From positions 28,958,848-29,022,847 of the forward strand of contig CM120643.1 in the NCBI GenBank assembly GCA_051362555.1: 64,000 nucleotides of DNA. The letters run 5' to 3'. This stretch comes from Lingula anatina (Eukaryota; Animalia; Brachiopoda). A program made the translations under genes and the position numbers. The notes below the pieces were generated by a model that was given only the letters and a program-made list of their open reading frames with translations, was not told where the DNA came from and did no database searches. Numbering within the stretch: the first letter of the stretch is position 1; every line of letters starts with the position of its first letter. This document shows positions 12,746 through 26,824 of the stretch, one piece after another.

Positions 12746-12987
12746 TCACTCTCTTTTTCTTACACTTATGACACACACTCTCTCACACACTCATATACAC
12801 ACACATGCATATACACACACACACAGCCCTCTCTCTCTGTCATTCTCTCTTCTACTCTCTCTCCCCTTCTTTCTCTTGCTATCTTTTTCGCTGTATATAA
12901 CTCTCTCTCAAACACACATATACACACCACACACACAGACATTTCCACCTCTCTCTCTCTCTCTCACCCCAGATGACCCCCACTGAC

Positions 12988-13070
12988 CAGTAAGTCCAGT
13001 ATCCCCACAGGAGAAGTGTCCAGTGAGTCCCAAGCCTCCTGGAGGGTCAAGCTGGCCTTGGGGTGGACAG
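12988..13070 (-). CDS. WDR7: WDR7 coding exon 10
   Basis: VHPKASLTLQEAWDSLDTSPVGILDLL; phase 1-0. Confidence 0.85.
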
Positions 13071-13240
13071 CTGAAAGTTTAGAAAACATCACTCTTAAAT
13101 ACTTCATTTCACCTCAAAAATCTTCCAAACAAATGTACGTTTATATGTTTGTTTGAAAATTTTATTTCAATTTGTAGAACCCAATCAGTCTGTTTAGTTG
13201 AATGTTCATCTGGCCCAGATGTAAATTGTATGTGTCATTA

Positions 13241-13396
13241 CCCTTTGCAAAATGGAAGCATTTGCAGCAACGGGTTTGCAAGAAAAAAATTCTTGTTGCT
13301 AATTTGCAACTATACTGAAGCAAATCTGCTGCAAACTTGCAAGAAGGAATTGCAGTTTGCAGCAAATTTGCAGCAGGCCTGATATTTTGCCAAGGG
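13241..13396. mobile_element. Small MITE with CCC...GGG termini and an internal TTTGCAGCAAA repeat; related remnant at ~9657-9800
   Basis: TA-CCCTTTGCAAAAT ... ATTTTGCCAAGGG-TA. Confidence 0.6.
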
Positions 13397-13594
13397 TATA
13401 ATTACAATTTTATTAACATCAGTGACCAGCCAGGAGGTACATGCAGCAATGTGATCATACTGCTAGCTTCTGACAGATACTGTTAGAAATAGACCTAGAT
13501 TTTGTTTAAAAAAAAAACTGATTTCAAATCACCATTCATCTCTTGAGTCTGATTTAATCACAATCAATTTCTGTACATAAGCCCCCTCAGTTAC

Positions 13595-13763
13595 CTGGCA
13601 GTCTATCAAAACTCTCCTGTCTCACCAGTGTCATCTGCTGCTCTGTCACCTCAGGTATGCACCAGACCACGATTCTCCCCTCAGAGTCCCCGCGCAGTAA
13701 CATCTTCTGCTGTTTCCACATTGTGCCAAAGAAGTAGGTCATTGCTGGGGAACAGACCAGTTT
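13595..13763 (-). CDS. WDR7: WDR7 coding exon 9
   Basis: KLVCSPAMTYFFG...LLRGDSEGRIVVW; phase 0-1. Confidence 0.9.
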
Positions 13764-14148
13764 CTGGGGGGGAAATGATTGCGTGTTTGAAATTTGTGTG
13801 CTTTCAAATGTATCCTGCATTAAATGTGACAAAAATTTTCTTAAAGGTAACAGATTGCCTTCTGAAATACTATTTTAAATTTTTTATTGGAAATTCATTT
13901 GAAATGATTATGTCAAGTGATTTAATCTTACTTTAAATGCACTATCATTTTATATAATTACGCATTTACTATATTTTGCAAAGACAGTACAATAAACCCT
14001 GTAAGTTAAAAAACAGATGACACATTGCATTAGCTGAATAGTGTGTATCACACCTAATGCCACATACAGTGTATTACTATAGATAGGACAACAGCTTTAA
14101 ATGGCTTTAGTTGTGGCCCATCATGACAGACATGACAAGCCAATTTAC

Positions 14149-14251
14149 CTGCTCCTGCAACACATCAAGAACACCATACGTCATGGGGGCTGCGTTTTCC
14201 TTCACCACATTCCCGACCATTTTACGAAAATCTTGACTCTTGGGGTTAGCA
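14149..14251 (-). CDS. WDR7: WDR7 coding exon 8
   Basis: ANPKSQDFRKMVGNVVKENAAP...; phase 2-0, compatible with its neighbours. Confidence 0.82.
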
Positions 14252-15652
14252 CTAGAAAATAATACTGAATATGTGTATTAGTCTCCTCTCCAATCTTCAA
14301 GCAGATTTGTAAGTACTCGTAACTGTTCTACATGCTGCAAAAATTTCAAATGGGTCACAAAGAAACAACCTGCAGACGTGCAATAAAAACACAGACATGT
14401 GCAATTTGTAAGGATATCAATAAAATGTCACAAAAACAAAACATCCACCAAAGCTCCTGAACTAACATCTGCAACACCAACCACTGCTCCAAGGTAACTG
14501 ACTGGTAGATTTAGTAATAGACTTGTCAAGTATTGGATTTTCCAGTAACTAAGGCCAATTTGACTAGTAAGGATTTTAGGAACATGTTAATTACTTCATA
14601 TTGATATTGAATAATTATCCAGTTCACGGGATTCTGTATTTTATAAATTTCATCCTTGGATGGACAAATTACAATTATAAAGAGTGGTTTTCTTAGATCT
14701 ACCAGTCAGAGAGCCCAGCGGGAACAGGGGAGTAAAAGGAATACAAGTTATGAGGTCAAATATCAAGTATAAATAAAGAAATAAGAAGCAGTACCAAGCA
14801 CCAGATTCTATGATTCTGTAAATGAAAGGAACATCTTTATTTGTTTGTCTGTTGTTGTTTGTGAGGTATTTGAATTAATTTTTTTTTTGTTTTGTTTTGT
14901 GTTGTTTGTTTGTGTTAATTGTTTGTTTTTCTGATGCAGTCTTGTTTGTGCACCAAGCTATAGGTGGCGTATCATACCAGGATGCTCCAAATGCCCCTTC
15001 TACAACACATCCACAATATGCAATAACTGAACAGATGTGCAACAGCCATAAACCACACATCTGCCTTCTGTGCATGGTAATTACTCAATACTTAGAATAT
15101 CTGACTTTAAACATATCACTTTTTAGTCTTTTTTTTGGTCATTTTCACTTACTCATAAAAGTATAGTCTTAGACATGAAACGAACTCCATTTCTAGACCC
15201 TTTAAATCATCAAGTTCAGATATTTAATGAAAGCATTATTGTTTATGTGATAAAAACATAATTGCTTTCTCTGGGATGTGATTAAGAGTAATTACCATAC
15301 TTGGTAGCAACACTGACAAAATCAATAAAAAGCATGGTAAACATATACATATCTTTGTTATGATATTGTAAAAAAAAGGAGCCCTAAGCTTTTAAAAAAT
15401 CTGAAATCTGGACAATAATCTGAAGATTTCAATATTTTCTTTCCAAATGACACATCCATTTCTCTCTCCCACCCATCCACCTTTTTTTTTTTTCAGAATA
15501 GGATCAAAATAACTTTTTCATTACCAGATACAAGCTCAAAATGGTTGGGGACAGAAATTCAAAGATGGCAAATTACAAAGATCCAATTATCAGAGAGCAT
15601 CCATGCATTGTATTCAAGCAATTCTGATTAAATTTTTATTAAATTTTTCGAG

Positions 15653-15695
<43 letters not shown>

Positions 15696-17309
15696 AATGT
15701 ATAAATTAACAAGGGCTGCCTTCCTTTCTGTACTCAGCATGTATATAGTAGAAGGTCTTGTTTCCATTCAGATCTGTAAGCAGGAAGCCAGGTTCAGGGG
15801 GGTCAAAAGAGATACCCCTTTTGACCAGAAAATGTGTGCTTTGAATTAAAAGTTGATCTCTTATTAACTTAGAACATATAAAAAAAGTGCACTTTTTTTT
15901 CGAAAAAAAGACCCCCAACTGGAATTGCAAGCTATATGCTGGGCCATTTTATCAAAGTATCAAGTAATAATTGACTATATAAATTGTGTAGAATACGTTG
16001 TAATGCACGGCATTGGCAACCCTGTTAATAATTTCTAACATTTTGAAACCACAACCAAAAAACCACCTGTCCAAGCTTAAGAAGAGAGAAAGAACAACAA
16101 TCCAGCATAAAAAAAGAGAATTTTTTTACATGCCAGGACTTTGTTTCAACATTCCCTTACATGCAAAGAAAAAGTCTATCCAACAAAGTAAATAATGAAC
16201 AATAAAACAAAATTAAGACACCATAACAAAGTGCCTATAAAAACAATTAAATACAATGAAAAATTCAACCCTGGGACTGCACTGCACTGCCACCTATACT
16301 TATGTCACAGCTTCAGATGCAGAAAAAGTGACAACATGTCACTGGATATGCATATTCAGTTTTTAAAAATCTCACCAATCATGCAGTTTTCGAACTGACA
16401 ATAATATTGTGACCATATTTTTTACCTTTGACCTTCTTGGGAATAGTCAAACAGCCCGCATGAACAAAGAATACTAGTAGTTTCAAATAAGAACTTTGCT
16501 TAAGACTAAATTTTTTAGTTCAGCTTTGCAGTTAACACAATAAGTAACTTTATCCTTAGACAAATCCAAACTGTTGATTTCTACTTTTAAAAAGCTTTGG
16601 TAAGAGTGTAGAATCAACAATTCACAATCTAAAGCTGTGACATTCATCAAGATGGCAGATATGACCATTATCAGAAGCATGGCTATAGTTCTTCATAGAA
16701 TGAAATATGACTTCTGCAGCAAATTTATATAATTCGCTTTAATTTTTGACCATAATAATTACTTCATTTTTATGATGAATTTTACCTCTGCAACATCTGT
16801 TTTAGAACTAAGCTGAAAATAATAAATATTTTCCACCAAAAACCATTCTGCTTTGTCATATTTCATTTTCACCTTGGAAAAACACAAAAAGCAGTTTGAA
16901 CCTAAAACTAGACCAATAAACAAACTGGCCAAAGACGACTCAACAGCAGATCCAGAATGACACTTTTGATAGTTGCCATGGCAACAATTGCACTCATCAA
17001 AAGATAATAAAATTTCTTTCTAGCCAAAATATTTATTCCACTAAACTTTGCTGAATTTTGCCAAAAATGCATACTTTTATGTTACATTTTGAATTGGATA
17101 CAATAAACAAGAACAACATTTGAATTTTTTTCTTGCCAAATGAGAATAAACAGTACATGTACGTATGTCTGAGCATTTTTCAGGAAGATAAAAGTGAAGG
17201 TAAACCCTGGCTGCTAAGTGCCCCCCTCTCCCCTGGGGTCTCCCTGGATCAACTGTTGATTTTGAACCTTGTATTAAATAAAAATAGCATCATCTTGTCT
17301 TCATCTTAC

Positions 17310-17336
17310 CTCTGCAGCACCTTGCCCTTTAGTAGA
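17310..17336 (-). CDS. WDR7: Candidate WDR7 microexon (27 nt, phase 2-2)
   Basis: Polypyrimidine tract plus AAG acceptor, AG|GTAAGA donor. Inserts LLKGKVLQS in frame. Confidence 0.45.
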
Positions 17337-19394
17337 CTTTAAGGAATAGGACGGGAAATAAAACAGGGGTTAAATTTTAAATAACTTCACAAAGCATGGT
17401 GGTGTAAGACAATAAAGAGTGGAAATTAAAAGAATTAAAAATAAGGAATAAAAATGAACATATGACCACTGTGAGCCCTTGTGTTTCAGTTTAAATCCTC
17501 AAATTATACATCAATATTCAAATTATCAAACAACAATTTCACATATCATTGTAGCCTTATCTGAAGAAAAAAAAAATACATTTCAGCAGTTCATAAACTT
17601 AGGAGAAAAAAGTATATATTTTGTTCAAAGATTCCAAGAGGCAACACACTGTGCAGTATACAAACTTAAAATGAAACAAAAATGTGTTCAGGGTTTCATA
17701 AAATTCTTCATAAAAATGAGACAACAACAACAACAAAAAAGTTTAAAATCTCTTAAAGAGGACCACTTCAGACAATGTTGAAAACATATCTGATACCACT
17801 TCATCTAGAAAACAAGTCAGCAGTAAAACACACACAAGTACATAGCACAACATTCCAGACAATCACATTACACAAGACAGTAATATTTCTCATTAAAAAC
17901 AAATACAACATGATATTGTTTCAAGTCACGACTGTAAGAGTCTCAACATGTAAAGAGAGAAGAAAAAACAGCACTTGTACGTCTTGAAAACCATCACCAT
18001 GACAACAACAAACAAGACAGGACTGTTACACGTGCACACTTAGAGATAGCTTTTTTAACATACTGTTTTAAATTGTATACAATTGTAAATCAAAGATTTC
18101 GTCTTTAAAATAATATTGGCTACCAACATTAAAATCTGAAAACTAATTTTATGAGAAATTTACGCATCATACTTGAGTAACAAATACCAATGAGTGTAAA
18201 ACCATAAATACACATGTAACAAGCGACATTTCTTAGAATTTTTTTCTTTTTGTACTGACATATAACATACACATTCAGTGCGACACCAGTACCTGAACAA
18301 AATTGTCTAGTCTAAATAAATAAATAAATAAATAATAAACTAACAAAATAATAGCTAAAAACTGAGCAAATATTTCCCACCTCAGTCTAAAGCATTTTAT
18401 GAGATACCAAATCACCATGGAAATAAAAAAAATGTAAAACAAAACCAAATGATTTATTTCCTGATATTTAAATGAAATTTCAAATATATTTTGGATAAAG
18501 CTAAACTGTGCCTTTTACCAAACTATTACTATAATTAGACATTCAGTGCAAATCAGCCCATTAACTTGTAGAGGATACTGAAAGTAGACAGCATGGCTGG
18601 CAGATATACAGACATTGTACAAAAACAAATCCAAGAAACGTACTGAACAGTGTCAGATGTTTCAACAAGATGAATCATTATGGTTAAAAAGTGAAAGATT
18701 CTGTATAATTTCATCAATTTTCACCCCAGTACCATGAACAATTACAATGAATTTCACAGTGACAGAGACAACATGGACAGGCAGAATACAGAACAGAATT
18801 AAACAGATTCCAAACTAACAATTACAATGTCTGTACATAAAACTCCTTCAACATTGAGTGCATATAATTCATATCTTATTGGTGCCTATATGACAAAAAC
18901 AAATACCATCTTAAATAAATGAAAACTATCTCCATTCTGTGCAAAGGTACTGTAATGACCCTTTTAAATTGGACTCCTCTCTTGTTCTAATCTATAGCTA
19001 GAAGGCTGTAAATGTGGGTCAAGAATAAACTACCCAATTATACATAATCCAATATATTGCACTTTATGTAATCCATATGGAGCCAACATTGTGAATTACA
19101 GAATCCAATATGTAAAGCTGTTTGTGATCACATGTAGCCATGTTGAATTACATAATCCAATATATATAGTTAAAAATTTCCAGGACCATAATTTTGACAT
19201 AAGACATCTAGTAGACAATTGCTGTTTGGTGGGTACAAAATTGGAGAGAGTACTACTGAGCACAATTCCTTGATTTTTCCCCAATTATAGGGACTATTTC
19301 TGATTTTTTTTTACTTTTCCTGGACTGGAAAAGAGGGTAAGTCACTTCCAATTTTTTGCCCGATTTCCAGGTACGAGGTCAATCCGGCTATGGT

Positions 19395-19510
19395 GATCCA
19401 TATTGAATCATATAAGACAATATATTGAGCTATGCACAATCCATATTGAATCATATAAAACAATATATTGAGCTATGTGTGATCCATATTGAATCATATA
19501 AAACAATATA
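19395..19510. repeat. ~42-bp tandem repeat, 3 copies
   Basis: GATCCATATTGAATCATATAAAACAATATATTGAGCTATG repeated. Confidence 0.8.
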
Positions 19511-20206
19511 CTATACTGGGCTAACTACTATACTATTGGTTACTCACTCTGTGGGGTAAAGATCTGGGCAGCTTCTCAACATGGATCAAATAACAATACT
19601 GCATTATTCTTTCTCTCTCTTTTGATAATTTTCTAACAAAATTCACAAGATTTCTACAATTTTTTCACCATATTTAGGCCTCATAGAATTTTCATTTAGC
19701 AATCAAGTATTCATATAGCTATACCTGTTAATTACTTTATTATTGCATTTTTCATAATGATCCAATCATAATATTTTCTTTATCTAGCATCGTGTTTATT
19801 CATGGAATGTCTCACTGATATGACAATGATAGCTCATACTGTTGCAAAAAAAAAACAAAAAAAAACTGCAATATATCAAAATTAATAAGCTAATTTTCTA
19901 ACAAATATCTTTCAAAGCATTTCTAACCCAATAAAGTAAGACTGTAATGAAAATGAATGATGAATGTTTCTCAAACCAAAACAGGCAGTAATTTATAAAA
20001 GTACATGATAAAAATAACAATGTTACATCTGAAATAATAATTATTGTATCTTACTCATTTTACTTAACTGATTAGATACTGGATTTAAATATATAAAAGT
20101 AGACTCAAATTTTCTTAAAAACATTAACAGACACACACTATGTATATATATATATGCACAAGTTTGTACAAACAATAATGCAAAGCAGATTTTTACTCAT
20201 CTTCCA

Positions 20207-20254
<48 letters not shown>

Positions 20255-20265
20255 CATGTACTCAC

Positions 20266-20411
20266 TTCATGGGCAGTTTGTAGAGATATCCCTTCCCCTC
20301 ACTGCTCCACACAATGACTTTGTCCACGGCGATGAACTCTCCGCCTGACCACCTCTCTCCCGTTCTGGCAGACTCTGAACACAGCAGAGAGAAATCACCT
20401 GCATCATAGAT
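20266..20411 (-). CDS. WDR7: WDR7 coding exon 7
   Basis: IYDAGDFSLLCS...WSGGEFIAVDKVIVWSSEGKGYLYKLP; phase 0-2. Confidence 0.92.
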
Positions 20412-21478
20412 CTGGAATTATAAGATAAATGAAATCCTATTTATTAATAATCTAAATTATGAAATTCATTGTATGATGTATGTATTCATCATATTCACAT
20501 CCATGAGATATAGAAGGTACACTAACTTTTTAATGAAAAAAAGTCCAGAATGAAACATCATTTGTAACTCAATGATCTTCATGGAATTTCCTTGAAGTAT
20601 CATGGATATTGTTTGTAGTTAACAAAGTCTAAAGTCTGGGTCTTTTCTCTTTATCCACTAGCAGACAAAACCTCAACACAGCAGACGAAACCTCAGCAAA
20701 CTCACACACTGAGAGAATATTGTGTTACTCTCATTTTTAAACACAGTAATGAAATATGCAAAAATGTTCATTAGCTTGGTAGTTGGATCATAAAAGAAAT
20801 TATCAAACACAAGCCGAAAAGCTTTCATACCATTATCTGCTCACATAAGTCTGATGAAGGCCTGTGTCCAGGTTGGCCATAAGCTGATGGTATGAAAGTT
20901 TTTTGTTTTTTTTTTTTGTTTTTTTGGGCTTATGTTTGATCATATTCATTCATGATAGTAATAAGATAATTCACATGGCTGCAACAGATCTGCTTCTTGT
21001 AAAATAAATACCCCAAACAGAAGAATTTTAAATTTGACTTTTTAAGCCAATCACAGACATGCTTTCTTAAGTTTTTAAGCACATGAACAATTTCATGGAC
21101 AATTTTTTATCAAATTTTTAATCAATACTATTTTAACACACTTAAAACTTTTCACTTTCCTCAGGCTGTTTCTCAGAATCCAGTCACAGAATTTTCCATA
21201 GACTAACATTAGCTCTGTCTACAAAGGACAGCATCTGTATAAACAATTTTACCTCAACTGATTTACTGAGATCATGTATAATTTTTTCCAAGTTCATAAG
21301 TACTGAAAATATTAGTAAAGGTCCACATTTAGCAAAAATTGCTCCTAGATATATGTTAATATATCTATTAAAAATATTTAATAGTTTAAAAAAATAAAAC
21401 ATTCTGACCTGGCCCCAAGCTTAGTGAATACTACAAAAGGTGAGAGACAGGTTTATCTCCAAGACTATATAATATTTT

Positions 21479-21644
21479 CAGGCCCGTAGCCAAGGGGGTT
21501 CGGGGGGTTCGAAAGAACCGCCCCTTTTGCTGGGAAAAGGTCCACTCTGGGTAAAATTTGATCTAGTTACATGATGTTTTAATGGAATAAGGTCCACTTT
21601 TCAGAAAACGAACCCCCCTTTTGAAATTGCTGGCTACGGGCCTG
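21479..21644. mobile_element. CAGG...CCTG MITE with 5-bp TSD ATTTT
   Basis: TIR CAGGCCCGTAGCCA / TGGCTACGGGCCTG. Confidence 0.8.
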
Positions 21645-22382
21645 ATTTTCTATGATAACCCCTTAAGAAATATTTAATATCTAATTGTGCCTGTTGATCC
21701 TGTTATTTGTACATGTTGGTGCATGTGTATGTTTTAAAGCACGAACATTAATGTGAACAAGCGTGAACACCAGGCATATACCAGAATGTAAGTGTAAAAA
21801 TATGATGTTCTTTTAATCCAAACTGAGTATGTATGTCATTTTTAAGAGGCCAAATATACCACTAGAACCTTTTGTGTTAATTTGAAAGTAGCAGCAAAAG
21901 GTATCCCCAAAAAGCCTCATGCTCAAATAGTTACTGTATTTACTGATTTCATGGCAGTTAATAATTATAGCTAAACTACTTCCAAGCTACCAGCATACCT
22001 GAGAAACCATCATACAAAATGTATAATAATACACAGGTGATCACTTACATTTGAACACACACTTGTATTACGGTGTATATATATTCAAACCTACAGAATA
22101 CAGACATGGGGAAACTGCCTAATTAACCAGCAGCAAGTCATGACTGATAGAAATGCCAGGGGTCCTGCAAGATTTTTTGATATTGCAACTCCTCTGGACT
22201 GGCAGGGTTTATGTGAATTTATAATAAATTACAATGAATCACATGTAAACATAGAGTAACAAAAGTAATTCTGACCAACAGAGGAACTGCAGATTTCTTG
22301 TAGTGTAGGTCCTTTGAATCTTCAGTACCTCTTAACTATAAGTTCTCCCCATGTCTGAGAATATGCATACACACACACACAC

Positions 22383-22550
22383 CAGGGGCGGATTTAGGCC
22401 GTCTTCTGGGTCTTCTGGAAGACGGTCAGTTTTTCAAGTTTACATTGATGGGTGTCTAATTTTTTCTGTCGGAAGACGGTCAAAAATGGAGGACGAATCA
22501 ACAAAGATAATTTGGAAGACTGTCAGAAAATTTCTCTGGATCCGCCCCTG
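22383..22550. mobile_element. CAGGGGCGGAT MITE inserted in (CA)n, 5-bp TSD-compatible (CACAC)
   Basis: TIR CAGGGGCGGAT / ATCCGCCCCTG. Confidence 0.8.
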
Positions 22551-22603
22551 CACACACATAGAGAAACCCACATGCACACACAAACATAAACACACACACA
22601 CAA

Positions 22604-22650
<47 letters not shown>

Positions 22651-23288
22651 GATTGGTTATGCTTGAGGGAAAGGAGAGGGAGAGAATAACAGATGACAGA
22701 GAGGGGGGGGGGGGGAAAGAGAGATAGATGTACACACATACAAGCATGCATGCACAACTTTGGTTTTCCTGGCCCTGTAGTGTATAACATGTGTCAAAGT
22801 GTACATGGACAATATGAAGGGAGAAAAGTTGAGGAGAACCCAGCTCAAAACAGCCAGTCTTATAGCATATATTAGGTAATGTCAAAACATTACTGTATAT
22901 ATTCCATTAGAAACTCTCCTCTGTAACAAGCACCCAGACCCTGTTTCCCAAGGTTACATAACCAGCTGTTGCAGATTATAATATAATTAGAGGAGAGTCT
23001 CCAATAGCCTTAGACACTCAGGGTAAACTCAACTCATTTGAGACTTCACGGGGTTGTTTCACAAAACACTGTAAGACAGAGACAGAGTTGGTCTTTACTT
23101 CTAATTTGATATCTTTAGATTGAGTCTGCTTATTAATTCAAGGCTAGTCCAGTAATAGTTCACTTACAGCACTTTGTTAAGAAATAGAAACAGTCTATGT
23201 TTAAGACCAATAGTTCATTAGATGAAAATAAATCAAAAATTTCGGCCTTAAACTTTTAAGTTTTCAAAGACCAACATCTTTAGTCTTA

Positions 23289-23502
23289 GGGTGCATTCAC
23301 ATAGATTTTAGATCGATCTATCCCCATGGGGTGTCTCACTAGATTACTGTCAGATAATCCGGCTTAAATGTCGGTCCCACCTACTACAAGCTGTAAGGGG
23401 GTAATTAGCTTTTGTGCCGGCTCGGCTGACAGCTATTTAGCATGAACCCCCAGGGAGTTAGGTCAATCTAGTTGGATCGATCTTATCTCTGGGAATGGGG
23501 TC
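23289..23502 (+). mobile_element. TTA/TAA-target MITE (PIF/Harbinger-Tourist-like), family A copy 1
   Basis: TTA TSD. Matches copies at 24347, 31014 and 37728; subterminal GATCGATC. Confidence 0.85.
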
Positions 23503-23686
23503 TTAGAGGTAAGATCAAATTCCAGTCTTAAGTCCTTTTGTGAAACCTGGTCTAAGACAGAGAACCCACAATACACCATGACCACCATGTAAGGTAAGGC
23601 AAAGTCCAAGATTTCCCCAGGAATACCAGTCACATTGACAGCACTCTCCCCCCCCCCCCCTTCCCCTCCCCCCTCAAGTTCCTTAC

Positions 23687-23725
23687 CTCTGGATCGCCAA
23701 TACTAGGAGCTACACAGCCATAGAT
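23687..23725 (-). CDS. WDR7: Candidate WDR7 microexon (39 nt, phase 0-0)
   Basis: TTTTCAG acceptor, GAG|GTAAGG donor, open frame IYGCVAPSIGDPE in a phase-0 intron. Confidence 0.45.
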
Positions 23726-24346
23726 CTGAAAAGTTGCCCTCACAGAATAACTCAAAGTTTGTGTACATAATGGTGCCACTAAAATATGGTCTTTCTATAA
23801 TAGTGCATTTCTCCTGTGTAATATTTGTTTTCTGTTTTAGAACATAATACCACTTCAGTTTCTATTATCAAAATAACTCAATACAATCAAACAAAACAGA
23901 TAAATAATTTTCCGAGAACTAATTTGCTTTGTTAGTAATAAGTATAACTGTGGATTCAAAAATTATGAAAGGATAGTTGGCATGTTGTCATATACTTTGA
24001 TAAATCTTGATAGTGAAAAATACAAAAAAGACTTTAAGAGTTGTTTGAAATTTAAGGCAATTAGCATAAATAAGGTCACTGTGGTTCAAATGAGATTTTG
24101 AAATGATACGAAGAAAAAAAATTTACAAAAAGAAAAAGTATGAGCAACTGCATTTTATGTGTCCATGTAAGAAAAAAAAACATTCCTAGAATGGATAAAA
24201 ATTAATTTTGAGTGTATACTTGTGTATTCACATGTGGGTATAATAGTGTGCTGTTCTTGTTATCTGATTACCTTCCACCAAGTTTAACCTCAGATTTTAG
24301 TATTATATATTAGTATTAGCATCAGTACGGTTTGGTATTAGTATTA

Positions 24347-24564
24347 GACTGAATTCCCAGAGGTTTTTAGATCGATCTATCCCCGTGGGGAGTCTCACTT
24401 GATTGTTGTCAGCCTGACTGGCTTAAATGTCTGTCCTGCTTACTAAAAGCTGTAAGGGGGTAAATAACTTTTGTGCGCACTCGGCTCTCGGAACCTGACA
24501 GCAATTTAGCGTGAACCCCCAAGGAGATCCGAATAGATCGATCTTAATCTATGGGAACCCAGTC
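24347..24564 (+). mobile_element. TTA-target MITE, family A copy 2, inside a degenerate TATTAGCATCAG satellite (~24300-24830)
   Basis: TTA TSD; homologous to 23289-23502. Confidence 0.85.
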
Positions 24565-25609
24565 TTAGTATCAGCACTATGCAGTGAGTATTAGTACATT
24601 ATCAGTATGGACTGGGTGTTAGCATCAGAACTGACTACTCAGTAATATTAGTATTAGTACCTGTTCTAGTATCAGCTCTGCATCAATATTAGCATCAGTA
24701 TTAATATTAGTAGCAGTGCAAACTCGGTATAAGCTTTTCATATAAGTATTAGTATGAACTCAGTATTAATGTTAAAATTAGTATCAGAATGAGTATCAAC
24801 TCTGTAAAAGTAAAAATTTTAGCGTTAGTATCTACTGTACACAATCTACGTATACAAAAATGTGAAAAGAAAAACATAGGTAAATATGGCATATTTTAAG
24901 CACAATATAGCCCTCATTTATAACTATCTTCACTATAACTGCCCCCTGGTTTAGTCTCCATGAAGAAGATGACTGTCATTTGATTCTGTCTGTGTCACAC
25001 TGGATGCTTATGTTATAATTACTTACTTGATAAAGTACCCTTCCCCTGACCTAAGATTCCGTTGCCTCCCAGTCTGATATTTCTCAGCCCCCAGTCTGAG
25101 ATTTTTAATCCCCCCCCCCCCCCCAGTCTGAGACAACTGAAGAACTATCTCATTTCAGCATCAGACATGAGGGGAAAAACTAGATTGTTCAAAGTGTCTA
25201 GATGAGTCCAACTGCACTGGTGGGAATATCTGCTGTCAGTCCATAATCTATATTTTAAATCTTGAGTATTGCATACTAGTATGTTGATTCCAACTACGTA
25301 TTGTTTTTTTCTCAGTTCTGCTAGTCAGAATGCCAAAAGGGTTGAGAACCATAAAGTAATTGCTAACACCACATCCATAACAGACATAACATGCACATAT
25401 AAATGCTCCTCAAGCATGCAAACACATACATCATACAGTATATAATCACACATCATTACATGCAGAGCATGAAGCCCAAGCAGCAGTACTGCATGCAAAA
25501 AGTTAGTTCTACTGACATGCACAGTGTGTGAAAACTGATATGTGCTGGAGGGAAATAAGGTGTGCAGTAGGCAATGGAAGGCAGACCGATGCAGAGACTG
25601 GTAGTGCTG

Positions 25610-26007
25610 GCTGTGACAGTGTATTGTATTTGTCAGTTTTAGGTGTGAGAGTGTGTCAGGTGTGACAGTGTTAGATGTGACAGTGTGTTAGATGTGACAC
25701 AGTGTTAGATATGACAATGTGTTAGATGTGACAGTGTGTTAGCTATGACAATGTGTTAGATGTGACAGTGGTTTAGGTGCAACAGTGTGTTAGATATGAC
25801 ACAGTGTTAGATGTGACAGTGTGTTAGATGTGACACTGTGTTAGATATGACAATGTGTTAGATGTGACAGTGTGTTAGCTATGACAATGTGTTAGATGTG
25901 ACAGTGGTTTAGGTGCAACAGTGTGTTAGATGTGACAGTGTGTTAGGTGTGACAGTGTGTTAGGTGTGACAGTGTGTTAGATGTGACAGTGTGTGAGATG
26001 TGACAGT
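25610..26007. repeat. 18-bp minisatellite GTGTGTTAGATGTGACA(G); related degenerate array at ~27870-28075
   Basis: About 20 visible copies ending ~10 bp from the WDR7 exon-6 donor. The second array abuts the exon-2 donor. Confidence 0.9.
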
Positions 26008-26016
26008 CTACATTAC

Positions 26017-26133
26017 CTGCCAGTACTTGGAGCAGACAATCAACACAGTACGCTGGTTATAAGCACAGCAGGTCAAGGTCTGGGCATTGAGACAGCGGAT
26101 GTGCTTAGACTCGTCCTCAAATATCTCTTTATT
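26017..26133 (-). CDS. WDR7: WDR7 coding exon 6
   Basis: EIFEDESKHIRCLNAQTLTCCAYNQRTVLIVCSKYWQ; phase 0-0. Confidence 0.92.
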
Positions 26134-26476
26134 CTGGAACAGAGAGAGAGGTCACAGTGTTAAAATGGCTACCAATAAGCTGAATATTACTAAGGCCATT
26201 CTTGAATATATTCTCCAGAGGAATCATTTGACACATCATGAAAATTATCAAATAATGTCAAACCAGAATCAATGATCATGTCTTGTACAGGATACATGAA
26301 TACACTGGCCAACAGCAAATAATTATATGATTTTATATCACATAATCATAGAATGCAACATGTTACTCATAATGCATGCAAATCCATGTGAACTTTGAAA
26401 CATCATATTAATACATATCTTGTCACTTTTTGACAGATTTGTTTCATTTTCTCATGGACACGCCCTTAAAACATAC

Positions 26477-26547
26477 CTTCAAAGAATTAGGTTCCAAAGT
26501 CCAAACTTTGACTGTTCCAGAATTAGAGATGGCCACCACAACATCAT
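26477..26547 (-). CDS. WDR7: WDR7 coding exon 5
   Basis: DDVVVAISNSGTVKVWTL; phase 1-0. Confidence 0.9.
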
Positions 26548-26824
26548 CTGGAAAAGCAGAATTCACAACATCAACAAAGCTATGGCAATACATGGATTCT
26601 GATATTTAAAAGCCTTGATTAAGTTCCATTTATACTATTAATAGAGAGATCCTTCTTCATACAGGCCAATAGCCAGCAATTTCAGAGAAGGGGCTCTTTT
26701 TCCTAATGAAATGGACCTTTTACCATGAGACTTTGATATACGATTTTTCCATCCCCCCTCCCACCTAAAGCCTATTTGTACAACTTGCCTTTAAGACACT
26801 ATGTGCATTCCCAGCACAACATAC

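Noticed and set aside
19548-19598. 51-nt segment ending in a GTGAGT donor on the minus strand
   Set aside because: Purine-rich acceptor context and a stop in the required phase.
25027-25073. Possible phase 0-2 WDR7 exon (TGRQRNLRSGEGYFI) with GTAAGT donor
   Set aside because: Weak acceptor within a short repeat, and only slight similarity to exon 7; it would delete conserved sequence.
25610-26007. CRISPR-like regular repeats (also 19395-19510 and 9823-9990)
   Set aside because: No unique spacers and a eukaryotic context; these are minisatellites.
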